From NCBI GenBank assembly GCA_020891255.1, contig BQFW01000015.1:2480001-2544000 (forward strand): 64,000 nucleotides of DNA, written 5' to 3'. The stretch comes from Entomortierella parvispora E1425. Taxonomy: Eukaryota > Fungi > Mortierellomycota. Below the pieces are notes generated by a model that worked only from the letters and a program-made list of their open reading frames with translations, did not search any database and had not been told where the DNA came from. The position numbers were made by a program, and so were the translations under genes. Of the stretch, positions 38,544 through 49,335 are shown one piece after another (position 1 is the first letter of the stretch; the number at the start of each line of letters is the position of its first letter).

Positions 38544-38933
38544 ATGAAGTACGATCCCAAATTGTTCCTATGACTCGGTTGAATGGGTTGAATGTTGGCG
38601 GAATGACCAGTCATACTTAACTCTTTTTTTTTGTACTGGGCCTGGTCCCCTAGGTTCTCTGCCGCCGCCATTGCCTCGGTTTCCGTCGCCGCTGCCCAAG
38701 CTTGCTTGATTACCTGAAGTACCTCTGGAGACAAGAATGGAGTTTGCTCTTACCACTGCAAGCAGGCCTGTGACAGTATCACCGCCCACGCTGCCGCGTC
38801 CAACTTCCTGGCCGCTCTTCAGGCACGAGGCTTCTCATGCGACTTTGATGGAGTTGAGGACATCAACTGCACAAAGGACTCCAGGTTTGGAGAGTGCAAC
38901 AAGCACTACTGGACCTGCGGCAAGGACTGCTAA
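38544..38933 (+). pseudogene. Secreted 10-Cys small protein, copy 2 (in-frame TGA at Cys2, lacks intron 2)
   Basis: Exons 38544-38548, 38654-38933: MKFSAAAIASVSVAAAQA-CLIT*STSGDKNGVCSYHCKQACDSITAHAAASNFLAALQARGFSCDFDGVEDINCTKDSRFGECNKHYWTCGKDC*. Confidence 0.8.
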
Positions 38934-40022
38934 GTTCCCCGTTGCGAGGACCAGAGGTTTTTTTTCCCGTCGGGCACACTTCAATTGAACTGTGCAACCG
39001 CTGAGCAGTCAGGATGATCAAATAAAAATGACTATTCCCTACTTTTTTTTTGGTCAACTTGGAGTGACAGGATTACTGTGGGTCATGAAAAAGGATCTTG
39101 TGAGGAAGTGGGGGCCGGTGCGATCTTTTGACAAGCGGAGGGCTTTACTAAAGCTCATGGCAGTAAGCAGATAATGATTGGCACAGTTCAACCACAAATC
39201 TAGAACCCAAATGTGGTTACCTCAAGTCGGTCAATGCCGAGAGAGACAGAAGGTAGAAGTGAACGCGCCAGGTTTTTTCACTCAAGAAGACGTAGGTGGG
39301 GAGACTCTGTCAATAGAACTGGTTGAGCTCGTACCTAACTTCAGTTTTCCGTTATCAAACGAACCGGTTTTCATGAGGATATACCAAATTATCCACAAGG
39401 AGAAGTCTTTTCCAGGGCCCTGCAGGTATCCAGATCATGATCGATTGCCTCTTGTTCTAGACACAAAGTGCGGTCAGAGTGCTCAGCATCGAGCAATCAC
39501 CTTTCTATGTACATTTACATGTACATTCTGAACACAATCGCCTTGAGGACGGCGTTCATGCAGGATGAAGGAATTCACAAAAAAAAATTACACCAATTAT
39601 TTTCAGTTCGGGATAGGACGTCCTTCCTTGAACGGTGTCAAGTTTGATCTATTTGGTGGTGCCTGTCCTGGTGACATGTGGACCCTGAAAGAGAGGCGGG
39701 ACGGCTGACGCGAGAGCAGGTCATCCTTGACGCTGAGCAGAATGGGGCAAATCAACAGCGCGAACACAGACAAAAAATCATCTGCACGGACAAAATAGCG
39801 GCGCGCCTAACGGTGCAAGAACCTTAAACGTGCCCATGGGAAGACAGGCATGGATGATCTTGGACAAAACAGACCAAAGAGGGACAGTGATCACCAGCTC
39901 GCTCTCCAGTAACAAAGAGGGTCTATTCCAGCAGTGACAGTGAGTGCCCCCCTGCCCTCCGTTTTGTATTTGCTCTTGATTCAGTTTTATTACAATTGTA
40001 CCGTCGGCCTAGATGGCGCAGA

Positions 40023-40028
40023 TATAAA
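40023..40028 (+). promoter_or_regulatory. TATA box of copy 3
   Basis: TATAAA about 70 nt upstream of ATG 40098. Confidence 0.55.
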
Positions 40029-40097
40029 GCGACGTTTGGTCCACTCTCGCTTTCCGCAAAGAACCATCACTTCTCATCCCCCACCCTACCATCCAAT

Positions 40098-40572
40098 ATG
40101 AAGTAAGACACTCAAAAGCAGTAGCAGAGAAGTTGCTTCTCAGTGTGGACTTTCTGTTAATGACCATTGTGTTGGCTGTTTTGATTCTAGGACCTCTATC
40201 GTCGCCGTTGCCCTGGTCCTTGTCGCCTCTGCTCAGGCTTGCCTCAAGACTTGCGAGTACTCGGGAATGGACGGTAAAAACTGTCTGTACACTTGCAAGC
40301 AGGCTTGTGAAAGCATCCCTGCCTCTGAAGCCGCTGGCAATTTCTTGGCTGCTCTTCAGGCAAGTTCTTTTCTGATGATAAGGATAAGAGCCCTAGGTTT
40401 CGCATCCTCTTCAGATGACATTGGTCTAACTCGTGGAGACACTTTTTATTATCTTTAGGCTAAGGGATACAGCTGCAACTTTAACGGAAGCACTGGCGTC
40501 AAGTGCGATAGCACCAAGGCCAACTTTGGTGCCTGCACTGGTCACTACTGGCAGTGTGGAGCGGGCTGCTAA
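40098..40572 (+). CDS. Secreted 10-Cys small protein, copy 3 (95 aa)
   Basis: Exons 40098-40102, 40191-40359, 40459-40572 (GC-AG intron 2): MKTSIVAVALVLVASAQA-CLKTCEYSGMDGKNCLYTCKQACESIPASEAAGNFLAALQAKGYSCNFNGSTGVKCDSTKANFGACTGHYWQCGAGC*. Confidence 0.9.
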
Positions 40573-42773
40573 AGAGAAAGAAACAACAGCCTTCATTCAT
40601 GCTTCATTAAACGCAAGAGAATAAAATGGCAAACATTACTCCTTTGTCGTAGGCGAAGTGGAGAGGAGCAAGGGTATTACGGGCCAGGCGTGAGTGCCAT
40701 GTCGCCATCCAGATCAGGAAGCTGAACCTCCAAATTGGTGGCGTGTACCTGAGCGTAAAACGGAATTGGTGGCAAAATGAGCCCCTCTCCTGGCCAAAAC
40801 GCGCCGTGTGGACTTGTGAAGTATGAATATAGAGTAGGAAGACTGTTCAACACGACTCTAGGTTTCTAGGTTCTGTCGAGAAGAGTGGACAAGATGCAAT
40901 GCACTTGCCCATGAGAGCATCAAGAAGAAAAGAATGTTCGCATGGACTAGAATGCATGTCGACGACTGATTGTCAATGACGAAGATCGAAGTTTATATCA
41001 GCCAGAAGAATGGCGAGCGGCCACTGATGATGGGGCATCAGATGAAAACCCTCGAACCAAGAAAAAAAAAAAAAAAAATGGTGGTCCTTAGCCCAGCGCA
41101 CGAAAACACGAAATGGGCTCAAGCTGTGTCCCGCGAGCTCAGAGTCGTATTCGCATGTCAGTGAATCATCAATATGGCTCGTTGCAATGGGTTCAACCAG
41201 ATGAACAGCCATGGGTTCTCAGCGTTGGTGCCGTGGGCCGCCGAAAGCTGCTTGCACGCGTTGTTGACAATTAAGGAGCGCTGGACCCTTGCACCCTGCT
41301 TGCAAGGTCATCGTAAAAAAGCCGTTTTTTTTCTTTCCTTCCTTTTCCTTCTCTCTTCACCCATCCCACCTCCCACTTCCCAACTACCTACCATGTACCT
41401 TCGCTTATACTTTAAGTTCTCTGCTTGCACATATTGTCTGTTCCGTCTTGGAGATCCTTGTCTCTGTCCTTACCTTGTTCTCGCGATACTCGGTTCGGTC
41501 ACCGCTATCCTCCAAGACTCGGCAAGAAAGCCTTCGGGGAAGCACCAAAGGTAACTTCACGCTCCCCTCTCTACCCTACCCCGGGCAACACTCTTCTCTG
41601 TCACAACCTTTGGTCGGTAGCTCTTCCTTTGAGCGTGACGGGAAGTGTGGGCTGGTCCCTTGTTGAAAGTCAACGGCTCTGGGGTGATGCCCAAGCCCAG
41701 TGATCTTCTACTCGGGGCCAGTTTAGATCTTTGGGGTGATGCCCAAGTCTTTGTCTGGTTGAGAGTCGCAAGGCCCAAGTGGATGTGTGAGTATCTACTT
41801 TGACCTGAAGTTCACCGGTGTGAGTTGAAGGAGCTCCTGTCCTTTTTTGTTGTGCTTTTTTGAGGACGAGCTCTCTTCTTTCCAATACAAAGGAAGGGTG
41901 AAGCCGTGTTTGACTGATCGTGGACTTTTCGAGGATTCCTTTTTCACATGAGGGAGTCAAAGTACTTCGTTAGTGCGGTCAAAAGGTATGTCTTGAGGGA
42001 AGAGTTTTATTGCCGGCGAGTTCAGGCTCAAAGTAGGACCACTTGCACGACGGTCTGAAACGAGCACCCTCGTATCCCAGCCGAGGCTGACGAGAGGAGT
42101 GCGGTGTACTAGTTGCCAGTGTAGTATGTTCCTCTCGAAGGCCAGCTCACTTTATTATTGAGGCTTCGGACCCGATCACTACTGCCTTTTGTCAGAGGAG
42201 TTACCTGAACAAGGACATAATCCTCCCTCCTTGGTCGATGATTCAACTGACCCATGCACTATTGACATGAAGGCGCTACGTCCGCCGGATCTCTACTTGA
42301 CTTGGGGGAAGGTCGGGTACAGGGTGGTAAGGTTGTCGGCGAGATACTCTGAGAAGGATACCGATCAAACGGTTCCAGAAGGAGCCTCGTAAGTCCATGA
42401 AGGAGATGAATCGTCTGAACAAGACACGTCCTTGATGTTCATCACGATGATGGGTTGCCACTGCACATTTTTGGGATGCGAAAGGTCTGCCGCCTGCTCG
42501 TTGGCGCATCCTGCACAACCTCGGTTCTGTGATCAGAGAACTGGGGTTGACTGAGAGCAGACCAACAGATAGAAATAACAAACACAATAAACACGCAGAC
42601 AGATGAACAATGAACCACGCTTGATCCCAAGAACTGAAGTTGTTGACATTGAGCAACAAACATTGGCGACATGTCATGTTCAGCTTCAATTCCCACACAT
42701 GCATGTGGTGTAATGTGTGTTCCCACGCACTGAAAAAGCCGGAATGTAGAAAGAATGACAAGAGTGCATTGCA

Positions 42774-43870
42774 TTGCCTCTTCTAAATGAACATTGCCCC
42801 AAGGAGATTGCGACATTCATGTCTGTCCCAGACAGGCTCATGCTTTCACGCCGAAACGCGACTTCGCCCAAAGTCGCTCAGACCGCGTGGCTCTCGTTTG
42901 ATCTGCATGTTCATTTATTGGATGAAGGGGAGTTTTTTTTTGAAGACGAACAACTCTCTTGTACAGCGACAGTAGTAATAACGAAGACGACGACAGGTCT
43001 GTTTTTCTTGAACGCGTGGAAATAGCCTGCAAGGAGAGTAACCTTTATCTGTAGCTGGCCCTGCGAGAGTTGGAACTTGTCATGTTTGAGCAGTTGACAC
43101 GGCCAGTGATGAACCAGTTCGAGACTTTGATGGTCATGCAAAACGGATTCGTACCATTCTATATCAATATTATCGTTCCACCTTCGCGGCCAGACAGCGA
43201 CCTTGTCCTGTTTCCACACTTGCCGAAACTTCACTACATCTTCCCGGACTGAGGCATTTTGCACAATGTGAAGTTGACGAGCTTGGTGCTGAGTCAGTCG
43301 ACGAACCAGCTCCTCTATCTTGGCCACCTCTTTGAAACGCGAGTCCAGCACGGAAATGAGCTCTATCTTGTCTGTGGTTGCAAAGGGCCGGGGAGCCAAA
43401 CAGCTTCATCGACTGTACCTCCAAGGGTTCTATGCCAAAGACATCGGACCTATTTGGTCCATCTTCCCGTCAATGGCGGCGGGTCACTGCTTTGGCACTG
43501 GAAGATGTCTTGACCCAAAAATGACCGCTTGCCAGAGTTCCTGCCGGCCCTGAAGATCAACATTGGCTATTTTGCTCCCAAAGATGAAGGCGAACCCTGT
43601 GAGGCGGAGGAAGATGACTTTTTGGTTCTGCGTTTAGTCCAGGTGCATGGAGAAGGACGATTCTATGGTGGATTGTTAGGACAGACATGACCTCAATGCA
43701 GTGACCCTGTGTCCCGTCGCAAAGAATTGATTGGCTATCAGAACGCCGTGGTCCTTTGCCGTCCATGGTTTGCCTTGTAGTTGTATTACATTGACAATAG
43801 CATGAATTTCACTACAAAGACCTTGAGCCTCCACAGCAATGCTTCTTTGTCGAACGCGTGTCATTGATGG
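42774..43870 (+). pseudogene. Probable degraded F-box/LRR-like gene
   Basis: F-box-like KEIATFMSVPDRLMLSR...AWLSFDL, then LRR-like pieces (PKLHYI, KLTSLVLS, LHRLYLQGF) split by stops and frameshifts. Confidence 0.4.
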
Positions 43871-43994
43871 AACGCAGGCCACGCTGAGACCACGCCGTAT
43901 AAATTGAGGAATCGCGAAGAAGACAGATCGACAAGTTCTTCATAAAAATATCTTTCCTTCTCATCCAAACCATTAACCATTCAAAACAGCAACC

Positions 43995-44390
43995 ATGCCC
44001 GTTGCGACCCCTTTGTCAAGACGCCTATTCGGAGCCGACAACAGCTCACCTCTCGCACTTTCGCCATTCCTTCCTGGTTTGCTTCCGGGTGCACCTGCTT
44101 TGGCGACTACACCCATTCCTCTGGCGACCAGTCCCACATTCACAGCAAAGAAAACGCCAGCCTGGACTTGGACGACACGTAATCCATTCATACCCGCAGC
44201 AACAACGATGATGGTCTCGAACCCCACCTCTTCAGGCACCACCCTCTCGTCAGGTCAGCCACAGCCACCTGTCCTTGTCACTTACGGTCTGCTGAACACG
44301 ATGCTCTTTTGTCTCTGTCTGATGCTTGTTCCATCTTTTTTTGTGTGGTGTTGCATGCGGAGAGCTCGCGCGAGCGTGCAGAAAACATAG
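43995..44390 (+). CDS. Small P/T/S-rich protein with single C-terminal TM (131 aa)
   Basis: aaccATG context, TATAAA at 43898, hydrophobic VLVTYGLLNTMLFCLCLMLVPSFFVWCC then RR; AATAAA shortly after the stop. Confidence 0.6.
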   Translation: MPVATPLSRRLFGADNSSPLALSPFLPGLLPGAPALATTPIPLATSPTFTAKKTPAWTWTTRNPFIPAATTMMVSNPTSSGTTLSSGQPQPPVLVTYGLLNTMLFCLCLMLVPSFFVWCCMRRARASVQKT

Positions 44391-44565
44391 GTGCCCCACC
44401 GTTGATATGAACAAACAATAAAAAGTACGATGCATTGATGGACAAAGCTGTCTTTTTCATATATACACAGGCCTAGCTTTATTTTCAGATTTGCCTGACA
44501 ATGACTGTTCCCAAGAAGAGGTCCTTTTTTTCCATTCAAGGATAGCAAAAGGGTCGTGTTTGCGT

Positions 44566-45942
44566 TTAATTTTCCCGACTCTTGAGGAATCCGCTCGCAA
44601 GAGCACTTAGAGCAGCCATCGGGTCGTTATCTCTCTCCTCCCCATCCTCTCGGTCACCACGGCCACTGCCCGACTTCTTGTGCAAAAAGGCGCCGATAAG
44701 ATTGCCAAATCCAGATTGACCATTACCACCTTCCTCAAGGCCCGTGATCATGTTCATGACCGTGGACTTGATGTAATCGACCGAGAAGACCTTGTTGCGG
44801 AGTTCGCCTTCCAAGGAGTTGTTCTATTTGATAAGAGAACGAAGAGATCGTTAGATTGTGGTCTGGAAAGCTCCTCTTTGTCCTGCAATTTGGATTGTAG
44901 CAAGAACACAAACAACAAGTCCCTCTGTCGCCCCGCCTATCCACGTTACCATCTTGGCCTCAAACTTTTGCAAGTAGGGCTGGATCAAGAGCATGATCTT
45001 GGGTGCCAGGAGCTTCTGGATCAGTTGCTGGATAGAGCCGGGATGACCAACCTCTACATCTTGCTCCGTGCCTCCGGCGGCGATTGTTCGTTCACCAGGA
45101 CCATCACTGCTTCCGTCACCGCCTTTGGTCATGAACTTGGCCATGAAACCTGCGGCCATGCCAAGCATGCCGTTGGCGCCTCCATGCTCATCAATCATCT
45201 CTTGGATAGAGGATCCGATCTGGGCGGGGAAGTGAGCACTAAGATGTTCAGTAGGGTAAGGTATACAAGACGTTAGATCAATGATTGCGAAAACAGCCTT
45301 CATGAAAGAATGCGGTCTTTGAATGGCAGTGGAGATATCTTTCATCGTTGGAGGTGGGGCCCTTTTCTCTTTACCTAATCTTGCGACCCATGTTATCCGA
45401 GACCTAATAGAGTTTTCCCAATTGTTCAAAAGACGTTCAATGTGGTTAGCTTTAACTCACTAATTGCTGTAGACAATTTCGAAAGGTCTGCTCAAAGAGC
45501 CGGGGACAGTTTTTTTTTTTACCTGCTTGATGACGGGAGTCGAGGCTGCCATGGTTGTCTCGATCATTCCTTCCTTGCCACTCTTCAAGAAATCCATGTT
45601 GAAGCCGCCTTCACCTTCGTCTTCGTTCTTTTTGGTCAAGACGCCCTTGGCAATGTTCATGACTCCGTTGGTCAACAGCAAATCCATGCCTTCAGAGGCG
45701 GTTTCGATCGTGATATCAGTGATTTGACGGACACGCTCCATGAAGTCATCGCCCATGGAGGAGACAATCTGGGCGACAAGAGGGTGGGACTCTGGACCGG
45801 TGATATGTTCCTTGATCATGTCGGGCATCTCGGACTTGAGCTCGCCCTTGGTCTCTGTCAGTTCTTCAGAGACTTTGTCCTGGACGTGAGGGCGAGCATG
45901 CTCCTCGAGAAAGTTCATCAGCAAGGGGGTAAGGCTGTCCAT
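44566..45942 (-). CDS. Hypothetical acidic, Met/Gly-rich helical protein (multi-exon)
   Basis: Coding-like exons MDSLTPLLMNFLEEH..., ...AHFPAQIGSSIQEMIDEHGG..., ...MEGELRNKVFSVDY...KSREN*; internal exon junctions not fully resolved. Confidence 0.75.
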
Positions 45943-46697
45943 AGTGGATGGGGTTATAACGGTCAGGGGGAAGAGGTGTGGAAGGAGGTGAGAGTGGAAA
46001 GAAATGGATGTGGAGTAGAAAAAATGAGAGCAGAAGAAAGGAAAAAAGAAAAAGAGAGAGAGGAAAGAGGGACAGAGAATAAAACGGATCTGGGAAGAGG
46101 TGCAGTGCTAGCGCGCGCACGTTCAGAGGCTGTGGGAAGATGACTGAAGAACAAAAAGAAGAATCCGAATGAACAGAGGGATTGCCTCATGTGCACCCCC
46201 TCATTCCTGCTTCTTGCCTTCTTCTCCGTCTGCGACATTGCACTTGTCCCGAAAATAGAACCATGGACTCGACTCGAGAGATGAAGGACCCATTCCAGCC
46301 CCCAAATTTTTTTGGTTCCTTTGGTTCTTTTGGTCCTTTTGAGGCTACGGCTTGGGACAAGTTTGTCGTCGGTCTGGCCGTCTGTATGCGAGCAATGATG
46401 CAGCCAAGGTCGTTGTCCAGGCAGTGCCTCTTTTGTGGATGGAGGGACAGGCTGACTCCCACGCGTTATGTATCGTGTCGTGTTGCTGTCTGGACAACTC
46501 CAAGTTGAAAGATTGGCGCGCGCTGTCCTGAGTCGAAAAGCGCGTCGGATTCCACAGGAGACCCAAAGTTGCATGACACAGCATGCTTGCCTAATCGCTC
46601 CTTTGCTTCATTTCTGCCTTCCACTCTACTCTGTATCTTCGGTCCCTCTTTTCGTGTCTTTTTGGGTGTCAGCAACAGCAGAGAGCATTGAGTCGCT

Positions 46698-48127
46698 ATG
46701 ATCCACTGGCACTATCATTGGCGTCGAATGGCCGTCGTCGTCCTCGCGGGTGTCCTCGCCTACGGGTACCTGTCTATGGACCTCCTAGGTCTGGTTTCTT
46801 CGCTAGACAAGAGACACATGGTCGGTCGTGCTTCCGCTCCACCTGCCAAAGCCCCCATTCAGGACCCTGGAACGTGTAAGGTCACAATGACAAAAAGTGA
46901 TGCATGGAGAGGGCAACCCGAAAAAACAGCATTTCTCTCTTGGCCATCTAATTCTTCGGGTCAACATGCAAACCGGACCGCACGTGTAATATGCTGAAAA
47001 CTGGATTCTCTGCCGAGAAACCCCCTTTTCATCATTCTTTCTTCATCCTCCTTTATTTCCTCCTTTAGACAACATGAACCCATCTCCAAAGGACATTTCA
47101 AATGCAAAGTTCACGTCCGTTGTCCTTGATGCGACGACAAAACACACGGCCACAGTCATCTTCCTACATGGGTTTGGCGATTCTGGTGCTGGATGGGCGC
47201 CAGTGGGGGAACAGGTAAAAGCGAGCTGCGGACTGTCAAGAAGGCGGCCAATACTTCGGGAGGGTGGGAAAGAGCAAGAAAAGACGAGCCTGGGTTATAA
47301 CTGTTCCCTCCCTTCATCGTCTAGTTTTCGCGATATCTGCCCCACGTCAAGTTTGTTTTTCCAAATGCCCCTCCACTGGCCATTACAGCACACGGCGGGA
47401 CGCTAACACCGGCATGGTTTGACCTCTACACCCCAGAGATCGCTTACAAGATGGTCTTTGACGAAAAGAGGATGCTGCTGTCTCGACAAAAGGGTGAGAA
47501 TGGAACAAATGGCGTCTCCTATCGGACTTTTTTTTATTGTCTTTGGGATCGACATGGAAACTATTCAATTGGTCGCTTAACCTGTCTCTGTCTCTCTGTC
47601 CGTTTTGGGGGTTATAGTCATGGACATTATCAACGAGGAGATCGAGCAGAACAAGATTCCAGCCGACAGGATTGTTATTGGCGGATTCTCTCAGGGATGC
47701 GTGCTAGGCTTACTTATCGGCTTGACGTCTGAGCAAAAGCTTGCAGGGATCATCGGACTGAGTGGACATATTCCACTGCCCGAAAAGATTATGGATTTGG
47801 CAACAGAGGCAAATCGAAAGACTCCAATCTTCTATGGACATGGTGACTCTGATCTGGTAAGCAATGAGGCATTGACAATCTCATAGTATGGCTTGAGTCA
47901 ATCAGCTCACTCTTCTTCTCGATCACTCTTGTTTCAACGTATGTTAGGTCGTCAAGTACGAACATGGCAAGCAATCAGTTCAATTGCTCAAAGACAACAA
48001 GTACAACGTCCAGTTCCAAACATACCCTCATCTCGATCATAGTGCCAATGACCAGGAGCTGCGCGACATTCTTGCCTTCCTCCTGGAGGTCATTCCTAAA
48101 GTGACTCCAGGCATGGCCAAAATGTAA
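46698..48127 (+). CDS. APT1: Acyl-protein thioesterase 1 / phospholipase-carboxylesterase
   Basis: VIFLHGFGDSG, FPNAP, AWFDL, GGFSQG nucleophile, HGDSD|LVV, DHS; upstream exon 46698-~46876 is less certain than the core starting 47074. Confidence 0.88.
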
Positions 48128-49335
48128 CCCAGACTGGGTGTCGATATTTTTGTACTATACCATTGCAGGCATTGGGAGCCATGTCTTTGTCGACTATGCT
48201 TCGCCCACGTTGGTGACTGTCTGCACCAAACCTTAGGGAAACGAACTGAGTAAATAAATACCCTTCTTAACGTTTTCATTCATGGGTTGGTTACCATGTC
48301 CAAGGGCTGTGTGGAGGCCATTTTCGGTTTCCCACGTCCAGCACTTGAAGGGGAGACCGCGTTGCATGAGACGCATGCTGTGTTCCATATTGTGACCAGG
48401 CCCTTTATTTTTATTTGGGTATGTTGATTTGATGTTAAAGATGAAAGAGCCACACTGCAGACCCATGCAAGGATCTTCATTGTTGTTGTTTTTTTGTTTT
48501 GCTGTGCTGAAATCATTCTTCCCACAGCATCTTGGAGACTTGGACCCTCTTTTTACCCCGCAAAATTGCAGGGATCGTTCCGCTCTAAAGCACCGTCGAC
48601 CATCCGTCCCCGACTATGGTCCGACAGGGCTAGCTCATTATCCTGCTTCAGGGTTGCTTCCTTGTGTCTCAGTGGATCGGTCTGGATGCAAAAGTTGATC
48701 CAGCTGAAGATGAATATGGCTCTTCTTGCACACGCACTCAGATCAAACAGCGCCAAGGGATGGGTTGGCGGTGTGTGTGTGTGTGCGCGTCCAGTTGACA
48801 CGGTCGAATGGCTTCTTCCGCATTCGTCCCTGCCGAGGAGAAGCCTCTTCAATGTCAGAAATGAAAATGGAGACAAGAAAAGGGAAGGGAAAGGTGGAGT
48901 TGGAATAGCGCCCACAAACTCAGCGTTGGTTCCAACAGCCCCGCCGGCCAACAGCATGGGCCAGATCGAGGGCACGAGAAGGAGAATACATATAAATAAT
49001 TGAGAGAAAACGGCGATTTCCCAGTCCGCGTGTGCTCAGATCCGCCACAAAAAACCCCTTGCGAAAATAAGCTTTGTGTCGAGTGTGCCGTGTGCCGTTG
49101 CAGCGTGCAGTGTGAAAAGTGCGTGTGTGGTGTGAAGTGTTTTTGTTTGAAAAAAAAAAAGATTTTTTTTTCCGTTGCCCTGCGTGTGGAGAGAACGGAT
49201 GAGACACTCCTCCCTCTCCTCTCTTCCTTTCTTCTTACTCTTCTTCTCTTCGTTCTGTTCTCTCCTTTCTCTCCACTCCCCCTTTCCACCCTACTTCTCA
49301 CTTGGCTTCGGGACTCGACCCTTCCGTTGCCTCCC

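Noticed and set aside
38715-38717. TGA at a conserved Cys as selenocysteine recoding
   Set aside because: The flanking codons are also shifted (agt acc instead of aag tac), which a -1/+1 indel pair explains. No convincing SECIS stem is visible in 38934-39060, and Sec use is reported only in a few early-diverging fungi.
41393-42500. ATG in good context at 41393, a 15-bp repeat at 41681 and 41733, and coding-like debris
   Set aside because: No coherent ORF or family assignment; treated as part of the island only.
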